61,116 nucleotides of DNA from Nitrosopumilaceae archaeon (GCA_052390375.1 JBQTHA010000002.1:1-61116); one strand, 5' to 3'. Shown: positions 36,681 to 45,383, counted from the stretch's first letter. Translations and numbers: made by a program. Notes: generated from the letters alone by a model not told the origin.

Positions 36681-36929
36681 TTATCGCGCTCTTTGGGCAC
36701 GGGCAAAAGCTTGCCTAAATGCAGATCTTCGCCTGTTAGCAGATAGTACTGCCATTCTTAGTGCTCTCTTTGCAATCATGACTCTCAAAACAGCTCTTTT
36801 TAGCTCGCTTTTTCGTTTGTTTGCAACTATGAGTGCTCGTCTGGCAGCTTTACCACCTGAACTCCGTCTTGCAGATCTTCTTGAAGTTCTACTTCTAGAA
36901 GATCTGGAACCTCTTCTTCGTGAAGCCAT
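36681..36929 (-). CDS. Arg-rich highly basic small protein (82 aa), hypothetical
   Basis: 24 Arg plus 5 Lys and a single acidic residue (hand count). The locus is noticeably G+C-rich, and an alternative-frame ORF (36827..37069) is judged spurious. Confidence 0.55.
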   Translation of the reverse strand: MASRRRGSRSSRSRTSRRSARRSSGGKAARRALIVANKRKSELKRAVLRVMIAKRALRMAVLSANRRRSAFRQAFARAQRAR

Positions 36930-37231
36930 ACTATCGGCATCGAGGCTTTAAATAAAAATAGTATTTGTGTAAAATGTTTAGAGCTAGAACAAATTAGTTT
37001 ATTTAAAAAAAGGAAAAAAGAGGATATTGATACAAAACTTGACGAGAAATAGAAGTCAATTGGCGTCAAAGAACTATATGATTCAGACCTGAATGACGAG
37101 CTTCTCTGCTCTAGTCCGAAAATAGCACGTGGGTATTCAAGATATTTCCCAATCTAGCCAATTAACAACTCGTTTAGGTAAAATCAATTAAATATATTTT
37201 TGTTATTTACAAGTTTTCGGTATAAAACTTT

Positions 37232-37283
37232 CTAGAGGGATTATCGCTGGATAATGCCCTTCTAGGTTTGTTGGCGTGCAAAC
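37232..37283. other. Two adjacent hairpins in a 400-bp intergenic region
   Basis: CTAGAGGGATTATC-gctg-GATAATGCCCTTCTAG (about 15 bp with 2 bulges), then GGTTTG-ttggcgtg-CAAACC. They lie downstream of the minus-strand gene ending at 37343. Confidence 0.25.
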
Positions 37284-37342
37284 CAATTGTTCGTTCTAGA
37301 TTTTGATATATTATTAACCTTCAGATAGAGCAGTGTTTTGAT

Positions 37343-37609
37343 TCAGTAACTAACTTTTCTAATGTAATGAGGCTCTTTTAGCATGACTATATCTTCTTTT
37401 TTTGTTGCTAATTCAACTCGTCGAAGATTAAGATGGGTAACTATGGTTAATGCCTCACAACGTGTGCAGAGAAACGTTTTGCCATGAGAAATATTTTCAA
37501 AGATCACATTTTCTTCTAATTTATCAGCTTTTTCACAAGTAGGACATAATCGTGGGTCTTTGAGAATTGTGATTATCTCACGTACGTACAATGTTCTTGC
37601 CATTTTCAC
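37343..37609 (-). CDS. Zinc-ribbon protein, hypothetical
   Basis: CPTCEK ... CTRCEA; 88 aa; downstream of tRNA-Arg on the same strand. Confidence 0.5.
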   Translation of the reverse strand: MKMARTLYVREIITILKDPRLCPTCEKADKLEENVIFENISHGKTFLCTRCEALTIVTHLNLRRVELATKKEDIVMLKEPHYIRKVSY

Positions 37610-37672
37610 ATTTTCTTGGAATTAATGGATAAAACTATTGTGTGGTAATCCTGTATAGATTGTATAAAATTA

Positions 37673-37747
37673 CGGGCCCGAAGGGATTCGAACCCTCGAC
37701 CTAACGCTCCGCAAGCGTTCGCACTGTCCAAGCTGTGCAACGAGCCC
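37673..37747 (-). tRNA. tRNA-Arg (anticodon GCG)
   Basis: Hand-folded. Acceptor GGGCUCG/CGGGCCC, D stem GCAC/GUGC, anticodon stem AACGC/GCGUU, loop UUGCGGA, T arm GAGGG-UUCGAAU-CCCUU; 75 nt. Confidence 0.93.
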
Positions 37748-37803
37748 ATAGATTCGCTTGTTCGAATTTTTAAAAACGTTTGCAAAAATGATAAAACCAA
37801 AGA

Positions 37804-38505
37804 TTATGCTTCAGATTCTGCCTTTTTTACAAAAACATAGTTCATGATAAGACCTGCAATTATGCCGCCAATAATTGGTCCAACCCAATATACCCAATGG
37901 AACTCCCAAAACCCTGAAGCAATTGTAGGACCCAAAGTTCTTGCGGGATTCATTGATGCTCCAGTCAACGGTACACCGACAAGGTGTAACAAAAAGACCA
38001 TACCGCCAATTGAGATTCCTTGAATTCCTGCCACTGCTTTTTTGTGTACAGCAGTCATGAAAATGACAGTCACGAGAAAGAAGGTGAAAATGGCTTCTAA
38101 TCCTACTGCGGATGTTGCGCTAGAATTGATAAGCTCGCCTGGTGATTGTGTTCCAAAGTGAACCGCAGCTCCAAGATCTGGCAACACTGCTTTAAGGGTG
38201 AATGCTGCTGCAATTGCACCAATTATCTGAAATATAATATACCCAATCCCATCAGCGATTCCAATTTTTCTTGTAATTATCATAGGTATTGTTACTGCTG
38301 GATTGATGTGAGCTCCAGATACATGTCCAAATGCATAAACCATCAAACCTATAGCTGCTCCATGGCCTAGTGAAATCATAATTATTCCTTCAATTGAGAA
38401 ACCTTCACCAAAGGCAACTGCTGATAGTATGATTGAAAGAGGTCCAAAGAATACTAGCGCGTAGGTGGCTACTGCTTCTGCAAACCAATTTCTTAGATTA
38501 ACCAT
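37804..38505 (-). CDS. aqpM: Aquaporin (MIP family)
   Basis: Two NPA motifs (HINPAVT, MNPART) and 6 TM helices; 233 aa. Confidence 0.92.
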   Translation of the reverse strand: MVNLRNWFAEAVATYALVFFGPLSIILSAVAFGEGFSIEGIIMISLGHGAAIGLMVYAFGHVSGAHINPAVTIPMIITRKIGIADGIGYIIFQIIGAIAAAFTLKAVLPDLGAAVHFGTQSPGELINSSATSAVGLEAIFTFFLVTVIFMTAVHKKAVAGIQGISIGGMVFLLHLVGVPLTGASMNPARTLGPTIASGFWEFHWVYWVGPIIGGIIAGLIMNYVFVKKAESEA

Positions 38506-38595
38506 CAGACAAAAGCCACGCCAATTGTCATATAAAAGATTCGAATATTTTTTGGGCTTTGTTGGTAAAAAATCCTATACTGAAAAAATTTTGGT

Positions 38596-39705
38596 TTAGC
38601 GTCCAAATCCAAGTTTAGAGAGCCATCCGTTTCCTAACCTTTGTGACTTTTTTGTGCCAATATTATCAAGATACTCGTATGTAATTTCAGCACCACCGTA
38701 ACCAATTAACTCTGATTTTTTAAGATCGTGTAGTCTAAACTCTTTTCCATTCTCTAGTCGAAGGATAGCATCATCACTAATATCAAAACCAGAACCTTGA
38801 TCATGGAATTTAATCATACCACCTTTCATAAGCTCAATTTCAACATCATAAGTTACTTTACTGCCCAAAATTGAGATGTTACGACCTTTGAGGAGTACAT
38901 GATCTTCAAGATTAATTACCATAATAGTGTCAGATTCAAGTTTTACAGTATTTCTAATAAAACCAGCAACAATTTTTCCTCGAGGAGCTTTGAGCTCAGT
39001 AAAATGCTCATTAGTTATGAACATTCCAACTTTGCCTGAGGGATCTGGCAGTATTTCTTTTTTTCCAAATACATCTCCAACTATAATGTCTCCATTATCA
39101 ACAATAATTTTTGCGCCATTTTCAATAACATATCCATTTTCTATGGGATCAATTAGAGAAAATTTTCCATTTATCACATGGATACGAGTCTTTTCATGCT
39201 CCTTTTCTGAAAAATATGGATTGGAAATACTTCCCCACATTATTATCGAGCCATCATATGTTAGATTCCCTGCCCAAAACTTTCCTTTAATAGATAATGC
39301 CTTTGTTGCCTTTCTTTCAAATTCAAGTTGACCAAGCTCCTTTGAACCAAAGAGCCTAACACCAGTTGTATCTGTTCTGTTCAAAGCTGCAGTCCATTCT
39401 TGAGCATTTCTTACTTCTTCAGCTACATCATGGGATAAGATTAGATTTCGTTTTCTTTTTTCTTCTTCAGAGTCCCCAGAATAAAATCTAGATTTTTTAT
39501 TTTTATCTTCTGGAGAATCAGGATATTTTTTACCTAATTTTAGATCATCAAAAGCTTGCTTAATTTTTTTAAACTGCTCATCATCTCCACCTCTATCTGA
39601 GTGATGTTCAAGAACTAATTTTCTAAAGGCATCACGTATTTCTATTCGTGTTGCATCCTCACGAACTTGAAGAATTTCATAGTTACTTTGTACCATAATC
39701 TGCAT
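38596..39705 (-). CDS. J-domain-like protein (HSD in place of HPD) with a large uncharacterised beta-rich C-terminal domain
   Basis: YEILQV..DATRIEIRDAFRKLVLEHHSDRGGDDEQFKKIKQAFDDL matches J-domain helices I-III. The C-terminal approximately 250 aa shows periodic V/I-x-G/N patterns. Confidence 0.75.
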   Translation of the reverse strand: MQIMVQSNYEILQVREDATRIEIRDAFRKLVLEHHSDRGGDDEQFKKIKQAFDDLKLGKKYPDSPEDKNKKSRFYSGDSEEEKRKRNLILSHDVAEEVRNAQEWTAALNRTDTTGVRLFGSKELGQLEFERKATKALSIKGKFWAGNLTYDGSIIMWGSISNPYFSEKEHEKTRIHVINGKFSLIDPIENGYVIENGAKIIVDNGDIIVGDVFGKKEILPDPSGKVGMFITNEHFTELKAPRGKIVAGFIRNTVKLESDTIMVINLEDHVLLKGRNISILGSKVTYDVEIELMKGGMIKFHDQGSGFDISDDAILRLENGKEFRLHDLKKSELIGYGGAEITYEYLDNIGTKKSQRLGNGWLSKLGFGR

Positions 39706-39790
39706 CTAACCTACTCTTGCTTAGTTTAAAATCTAATGCAGGTAGTAATATTAAAAAATAATTAATTAGGGAAATCTTCTGCTAAAATAT

Positions 39791-40249
39791 ATGATAAAAG
39801 AAGGCGACGCTGTTCCAAAATTTGAGCTCTTAGATTCAGATGGTAAAAGTGTAAAATCAACTGATTTCAAAGGAAAAAAACATGTAATTTACTTTTATCC
39901 AAAAGACTTTACGCCAGGTTGCACTATTGAGGCAGACGAGTTTTCAAAGGATTACCAAAAATTCAAAAAAAATGGAATTGAGGTAGTCGGGATAAGTAAG
40001 GATGATGTTGACTCTCACAAAAAATTTTGTGAGAAGATGAAGATTCCCTTTGTTCTGCTAGCAGATACAGAGACGGATGTTGCAAAAAAATTTGGAGTAT
40101 GGGGCAAAAAAAAGTTTATGGGAAAAGAGTACATGGGAGTAATGCGAAGTACATTTTTGGTAGATGAAAAAGGAAAAATTTTCAAAGCATATACTAACGT
40201 AAAAGCTGCAGGTCATGCAAAAGAAGTGCTAGAATCTTTTACAAAGTAA
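39791..40249 (+). CDS. bcp: Peroxiredoxin Bcp (thiol peroxidase)
   Basis: YFYPKDFTPGCT active-site motif; 152 aa. Confidence 0.92.
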   Translation: MIKEGDAVPKFELLDSDGKSVKSTDFKGKKHVIYFYPKDFTPGCTIEADEFSKDYQKFKKNGIEVVGISKDDVDSHKKFCEKMKIPFVLLADTETDVAKKFGVWGKKKFMGKEYMGVMRSTFLVDEKGKIFKAYTNVKAAGHAKEVLESFTK

Positions 40250-40286
40250 TTCTAAAAAATAATTAAAAGAAAAGAAAATTTTAGGG

Positions 40287-41021
40287 TTAAAAGCCCTTTG
40301 GAAGTGAACCACGAGATGAACCACCAGAGCTAGTTGAGCCAGACGACGCGCGTCTTTTTGCTGCTAATTCAGCAGCTGCTTGTTGAAGTTCTCGTGCTTC
40401 TCTTTCTTGTTCATCTAATCTAGCCAAGTAATCTTGCTCATATTTCTCAAGGGATTGCTTTTTTGCATTACCGCCTCCTGATGAGCCAGATTCCTTTGGA
40501 ACTGTCCTATCGTGTGCTTGAGGTGGAGCTACTTGAGCACGTGCTTGAGCGGCTCCATGTCCAAGGGATATTCCATATCCCGTAAAGCTTGTAGCTTGTG
40601 GATGATAAGCAAGTCTTTGTCTTGTTGCAAAATACTTGTTTGATGGTGCAGTGTAACCTGTAATCTTTGCTTTTTGCAAAGCCCATGGTTGGGTTGGACA
40701 ATCAGCGCCTTCTGCATGTCGTCTTGCCCACGCTCTTGGGTTTTCAGGCACATATGCAGGAGTCTTTGTTTTTCTCTCATGCCATACACCCATTGGTACA
40801 CGTTCAATGAGTGACTCTCGTGTAACTGGTGGTGCTGCTTGAGCCTGTGGAGCTGGTTTTGATGTTTGTGTTGGTTTTGGTGGAGGTGCTGTCTGAGCTT
40901 GTCCTGCTGGCTTTTGGCCTAGCTGGGATGATAACTGAGATAGCTTGCCTTCTAGTTCTGCGATTTTTGCTTCAAGATCTTTCTTGGTTGTAGATGCTGT
41001 TGATTTGCGTTTAGTAGCCAA
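40287..41021 (-). CDS. A/P/Q-rich hypothetical protein with terminal coiled coils
   Basis: 244 aa. N-terminal coiled coil (DLEAKIAELEGKLSQLSSQL), a P/Q/A linker, a W/Y-containing core, a C-terminal coiled coil and an S/G tail ending GSLPKGF. Visibly more G+C-rich than its neighbours. Confidence 0.65.
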   Translation of the reverse strand: MATKRKSTASTTKKDLEAKIAELEGKLSQLSSQLGQKPAGQAQTAPPPKPTQTSKPAPQAQAAPPVTRESLIERVPMGVWHERKTKTPAYVPENPRAWARRHAEGADCPTQPWALQKAKITGYTAPSNKYFATRQRLAYHPQATSFTGYGISLGHGAAQARAQVAPPQAHDRTVPKESGSSGGGNAKKQSLEKYEQDYLARLDEQEREARELQQAAAELAAKRRASSGSTSSGGSSRGSLPKGF

Positions 41022-41158
41022 TATTGTGGTTACGTGAGGTGTGCTTTATTTACATTTTGCTCAAAATTAAACGTCGAATTAAGAAGATCTGACCATATTT
41101 CTCAAATAAGCACAAAATCCGACCAAGTTTTATTAATCTTAAAGGACTAGCCGAAGCA

Positions 41159-41536
41159 TTGGACGATTTTGAAAAGGACTATCCGGAATTTGATTGGAAA
41201 AATACTCCAGCATACAAACATCCAGGTGGACGAAATTGTCCGTGCCCAAAGCATGAATACGTTAGAGAGCAGATCAATTTTACAAAACAAGTAAACAAAA
41301 AGGGAAATGATACAAGTCGAGTCACTCTAAAGTTTTGTCCAGAGCATTACAAAGTATACATCAATGAAGTAATTCCTTCTATGCCACTAAAATTCAAATT
41401 ACTAACAAAGATCGCACTAAAACTTGGAGCCATACAAATTGAACAACTTACTCATATGCAGTCTGACTTGTGTTTTTACTGCAAGTTTGGTTCAGGGGGA
41501 CATGAGAAAAAAAGTGAGCTTCCTCCAGTTGGATAG
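41159..41536 (+). CDS. Cys/His-rich hypothetical protein
   Basis: 125 aa with CPCPKHE.., ..CPEH.., ..CFYCKFGSGGH; the TTG start is uncertain. Confidence 0.45.
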   Translation: MDDFEKDYPEFDWKNTPAYKHPGGRNCPCPKHEYVREQINFTKQVNKKGNDTSRVTLKFCPEHYKVYINEVIPSMPLKFKLLTKIALKLGAIQIEQLTHMQSDLCFYCKFGSGGHEKKSELPPVG

Positions 41537-41556
41537 TATTTTAAAAAATTAATTTT

Positions 41557-41787
41557 CTAAATTGGGTCAATCAAAATTTTTGGTTTGTTTGGAGTATCAT
41601 GATGACATCTCTTTCCACATAATGGACATTTTTTTCTATCCAAAAAAATGCATTGGCAAATATGTGAATCAAGATAACTTTCAGCTGCCTTTGTAAAATC
41701 CCCCGTTCCATTACAAAAGGGACATTGGGAACCAAGTAGCTCAATTGTTCCATCTCCCTTGCAGACAGGGCATTTTTCTTCGACCAC
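41557..41787 (-). CDS. Stand-alone DnaJ-type CxxCxGxG zinc-finger mini-protein
   Basis: CPVCKGDG and CPFCNGTG repeats plus further C/H residues (CQC..CPLCGKRCHH); GTG start. Confidence 0.6.
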   Translation of the reverse strand: MVEEKCPVCKGDGTIELLGSQCPFCNGTGDFTKAAESYLDSHICQCIFLDRKKCPLCGKRCHHDTPNKPKILIDPI

Positions 41788-41900
41788 GATAAAAAACCAG
41801 TTGCTTTGAATTAAAATCTATATGTTAATATTTTTTCAAATAAAGCACGATTAGACAAATCTAGTTAAGCTTTATACCACCATCAAATCGAATTAGAGGC

Positions 41901-43343
41901 GTGCCCATCGAGGACATTCATCAATATATTGAAAAATTAGAAAATGCTGGAGAGTTAAAACGAGTAAAGACTCAAGTAGATACAAACTTGGAGATTGCAG
42001 AAATTTTGCGGAGAACAATGTATGCCAATGGACCTGCATTGCTGTTTGAAAATGTAAAAAATTACGATATGCCAGTTTTAGGGAACGCATTTGGTTCAAT
42101 TAAAAGACTTGAAATTGGTTTAGAGACTGCTAATTTTACAGAGATTGGACAGAGAATCGTCGATATGACAAAGATGGAAATTCCATCAGGTTTTTTCAAC
42201 AAGATTCGAAAACTCCCAGAGCTTTCAAAGATGAGTGAGGTATTTCCCAAGCTTGAAAAAAGTGGACCAGTAACTGAAGTTGTAAATGATTCGCCATCAT
42301 TTGAAAATATTCCAATTCTCAAGACTTGGCCAAAAGATGCAGGCAAGTTTATCACATTTGGTCTTGTTGCAACAAAACACCCAGAGACAGGTGTAAGAAA
42401 CCTTGGCGTATACAGAATACAAATTTTAGATAATACGCATGCTTTGATGCACTGGCAAAAACACAAACGTGGTGCCCATCATCACGACATTGCAAAAGAA
42501 AAGGGCAAAAAAATCGAAGCTGCTATAATCATTGGTGGAGAACCAGCAACAGTTTTTTCAGCAGTAGCTCCTGTCCCAGAGGGATTAGACAAGTATCTTT
42601 TTGCAGGAATAACAAGAAAAAAAGGAATTCAAACTGTAAAATGCAAAACTGTAGACCTTGAGGTGCCAGCAAATGCAGAAATTGTTCTTGAAGGATATGT
42701 TGATCCTTCTGATGTAAGAGCCGAAGGACCGTTTGGTGATCATACCGGATACTACACACCGCAAGAACCCTATCCTACATTTACACTAACTGGAATTATG
42801 CAACGACAAAAACCAATCTATCTTACGACAATAGTTGGCAAACCAATACTTGAGGATGCATATATTGGAAAAGTAATTGAACGGTCGTTTTTGCCATTGA
42901 TTAGAATGTTCCAGCCAGAAGTAGTTGATTTTGCAATGCCAGCTGCTGGGTGGTTTCAGGGAATGGCAATAATATCAATTAAAAAAATGTACCCAGGCCA
43001 AGCAAAAAAGGTCATGATGGGACTGTGGGGACTCGGACAGCTTGCATTAACAAAAATTTTTGTCGTAGTAGATGAGGATGTCAACGTTCAAGACATGAAT
43101 GATGTGATTTGGGCAATTACTACTAGAGCAGATGCTGCTAGAGATACGATAATAATTGATAACACACCAACTGATACTTTGGATCCTGCATCTCCTTTAG
43201 TGAATTTAGGCTCAAAACTTGGAATTGATGCGACACAAAAAACAAAGGAAGAGGGATATACGCGAGAAATTCAAGAGCTAGTAAAAACAGATGATTCTAC
43301 AAAAAATCTTGTTGATTCAAAGTGGTCTAGTTATGGACTTTAA
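41901..43343 (+). CDS. UbiD-family (prenylated-FMN-dependent) decarboxylase, probably in menaquinone biosynthesis
   Basis: 480 aa with full-length UbiD-like sequence (..GVYRIQI.., ..EGPFGDHTGYY..). Confidence 0.88.
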   Translation: MPIEDIHQYIEKLENAGELKRVKTQVDTNLEIAEILRRTMYANGPALLFENVKNYDMPVLGNAFGSIKRLEIGLETANFTEIGQRIVDMTKMEIPSGFFNKIRKLPELSKMSEVFPKLEKSGPVTEVVNDSPSFENIPILKTWPKDAGKFITFGLVATKHPETGVRNLGVYRIQILDNTHALMHWQKHKRGAHHHDIAKEKGKKIEAAIIIGGEPATVFSAVAPVPEGLDKYLFAGITRKKGIQTVKCKTVDLEVPANAEIVLEGYVDPSDVRAEGPFGDHTGYYTPQEPYPTFTLTGIMQRQKPIYLTTIVGKPILEDAYIGKVIERSFLPLIRMFQPEVVDFAMPAAGWFQGMAIISIKKMYPGQAKKVMMGLWGLGQLALTKIFVVVDEDVNVQDMNDVIWAITTRADAARDTIIIDNTPTDTLDPASPLVNLGSKLGIDATQKTKEEGYTREIQELVKTDDSTKNLVDSKWSSYGL

Positions 43344-44458
43344 TGCATGCAAACAGTATCGTAAAAGTTGTCTCGCTCTTCTACTTGATAACCAATTTGT
43401 TGAATAGCATCAATAATTCGTTGGGCAGTTAATTCAGTAGAACGTGCACCAGTACAAGATACAACTTCTTCGCCAATGAGTGTGCCACCAAAATCGTCTG
43501 CACCGTATTGAAGTGCAAGCTGAGCCATTCCAACTCCATTAGTGAGCCATGAAGATTGTATGTGAGGGATCAATCCATCTAGTACAAGTCGTGAGATTGC
43601 AATCATTTTCAATAATTTTAGACCACCTGCTCCATAGCTTACAATGTTTTCTTTTTGTAGTAGTGTGTTATTTGGCTCAAAGCTCCATGGGATAAAGGCC
43701 ATAAAACCTTGAGTTTTTTCTTGTAGATTCACAATTTTCTCAAAGTGCTCTGCAATATCATGTGTTGATTCTACAGAGCCATACATCATTGTTGCCGAAG
43801 ACGGTAAACCTAATTGATGAGCCTCCTCCATGATCCTTATCCATTCATCACTTGAGATTTTTTTGGGACTGATGATTTTTTTTACCGAGTCTACTAGAAT
43901 TTCAGCTCCTGCACCAGGTACTGACTGCAGGCCAGCATCTTTTAACCGTGATAAAATTTCTTTTGTAGATGATTTTTCTACACGTGCTACCATGTCTATT
44001 TCAGAAGTCGAGAGTCCATGGATTCCAATTTTTGGAAATTTTGTTCTAATCAGTCTAAACGTATCCTCATAATATTCCACCCCAAGATTTGGGTTGTGTC
44101 CACCCTGAATTAGCACTTGTCTAATCTTGTACAAGTCCCAAGCAGTTTTTACTCGAGCCTCTATATTCTCAAGTGAAAGAGTATAGGCCTCATCGTCACC
44201 TGGCGATCTATAAAATGCACAAAACTTGCAATCTGTTATGCAGACATTAGTGTAGTTTAAAATAATATTATTAACAAATGAAGCCTTCTTTCCAAACTTT
44301 TGTCTAGTTATGTAGCCAGCAGTCATACCCATAAGGTGAATGTCATCTGATTCAAGCAATCGCATACAGTCTTCAAATCCAGGTCTTATTCCATCAAGAG
44401 AATTTTCAAGTACGTCACCTATGTCGCTAGAATGAATCTGTTCTGTTATTTGGCTCAA
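43340..44458 (-). CDS. MqnC/MqnE-family radical SAM enzyme (futalosine-type menaquinone pathway)
   Basis: NYTNVCITDCKFCAFYR motif. It is a CofH paralog of 372 aa, distinct from the cofG/cofH pair, and lies convergent with the UbiD gene. Confidence 0.78.
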   Translation of the reverse strand: MSQITEQIHSSDIGDVLENSLDGIRPGFEDCMRLLESDDIHLMGMTAGYITRQKFGKKASFVNNIILNYTNVCITDCKFCAFYRSPGDDEAYTLSLENIEARVKTAWDLYKIRQVLIQGGHNPNLGVEYYEDTFRLIRTKFPKIGIHGLSTSEIDMVARVEKSSTKEILSRLKDAGLQSVPGAGAEILVDSVKKIISPKKISSDEWIRIMEEAHQLGLPSSATMMYGSVESTHDIAEHFEKIVNLQEKTQGFMAFIPWSFEPNNTLLQKENIVSYGAGGLKLLKMIAISRLVLDGLIPHIQSSWLTNGVGMAQLALQYGADDFGGTLIGEEVVSCTGARSTELTAQRIIDAIQQIGYQVEERDNFYDTVCMH

Positions 44459-44594
44459 TTGACTCGGTTTTTGTGCTTTCTGATTGGTATTTAATCCTTA
44501 AGTGGACGAAAATTCCAATTGAGCTTAATTGATTTGATTTTGTTTTAAACAAAAGTCACGTTATTTTTAAGTAAGGCACAAAAAGAGATTCATC

Positions 44595-45383
44595 ATGGTT
44601 ACAGGACATGAAATTAGATTAAATCGTATTCTAAGGAAGGGAAAAATGCTTTGCATTCCAATGGATCATGGAATTTCAAACGGTCCCATTGAAGGACTTG
44701 AAGATCCACATTCTGTTATCTACAAATGTGAGCATCATGGTTTAACTAGCGTAATTATCAATAAAGGAATTCTAAAAACACTTCCAAAACCAACTAGTGT
44801 TGGAATTTTAGTACATTTTTCTGGAAGCACATCTCTTTCTTCTTCGCCTAACAGAAAGATGTTGACAGGTTCTGTTGAAGAAGCTCTACGACTAGGAGCA
44901 GATGGGGTTTCTCTTCATATTAACATAGGGGGCAAAGAAGAGCCAGAGATGCTAGAACAGCTTGGACAAATTTCAGAGCAATGTCACAAATGGAACATGC
45001 CGCTTTTAGCAATGATGTATCCACGGGGAGAAAAGATCAAAGATCCTCATGATCCTGAAATTGTTGCACATGTTGCACGTATTGGAGCAGATTGTGGAGC
45101 AGATATTGTCAAAACATTATACACTGGAGATATTGATTCGTTTTCTAAGGTTGTAAGAGGCACTCCTGTACCAATTGTTATTGCTGGAGGACCCAAGGCA
45201 AAAACGGACTTGGATATACTTCAGATGACTGAGGATGCCATGAAAGCAGGAGCCAAGGGTGTAACTTATGGCAGAAACATCTTTGGACATAAAGAACCAG
45301 AAAAAATGGTACAGGCCCTAGCAGCAATTATCTTCAGAAAAGAAACAGCAAAGGAAGCTGTAAAAAAACTTGCCAAAAAATAA
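44595..45383 (+). CDS. aroA': 2-amino-3,7-dideoxy-D-threo-hept-6-ulosonate (ADH) synthase, DhnA-type class I aldolase family
   Basis: ..IPMDHGISNGP.. and ..ADIVKT.. motifs; directly upstream of DHQS-II and aroD. Confidence 0.8.
   Translation: MVTGHEIRLNRILRKGKMLCIPMDHGISNGPIEGLEDPHSVIYKCEHHGLTSVIINKGILKTLPKPTSVGILVHFSGSTSLSSSPNRKMLTGSVEEALRLGADGVSLHINIGGKEEPEMLEQLGQISEQCHKWNMPLLAMMYPRGEKIKDPHDPEIVAHVARIGADCGADIVKTLYTGDIDSFSKVVRGTPVPIVIAGGPKAKTDLDILQMTEDAMKAGAKGVTYGRNIFGHKEPEKMVQALAAIIFRKETAKEAVKKLAKK

Noticed and set aside
36827-37069. 80-aa minus-strand ORF overlapping the 5' end of the Arg-rich gene
   Set aside because: It is an alternative frame with an F/S/L-rich low-complexity N-terminus. 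The choice between the two frames is not fully certain, but the Arg-rich frame has a clean ATG and fills the G+C-rich patch.
11664-37747. Genomic island bounded by the two tRNA genes
   Set aside because: The intervening 26 kb encodes housekeeping genes (map, tbp, cofGH, purM, elp3, lysK). There is no integrase, no direct repeat of a tRNA 3' end that I could spot, and the composition is uniform.
37606-37800. 64-aa minus-strand ORF in the track
   Set aside because: It reads straight through tRNA-Arg (37673..37747). The tRNA cloverleaf is an excellent fit, so the ORF is spurious.
40507-40807. Two same-strand alternative-frame ORFs (64 and 92 aa) inside the A/P/Q-rich gene
   Set aside because: They are explained by the locally high G+C content, which removes stop codons. 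The 244-aa frame spans the whole locus. Dual coding cannot be excluded, but nothing supports it.
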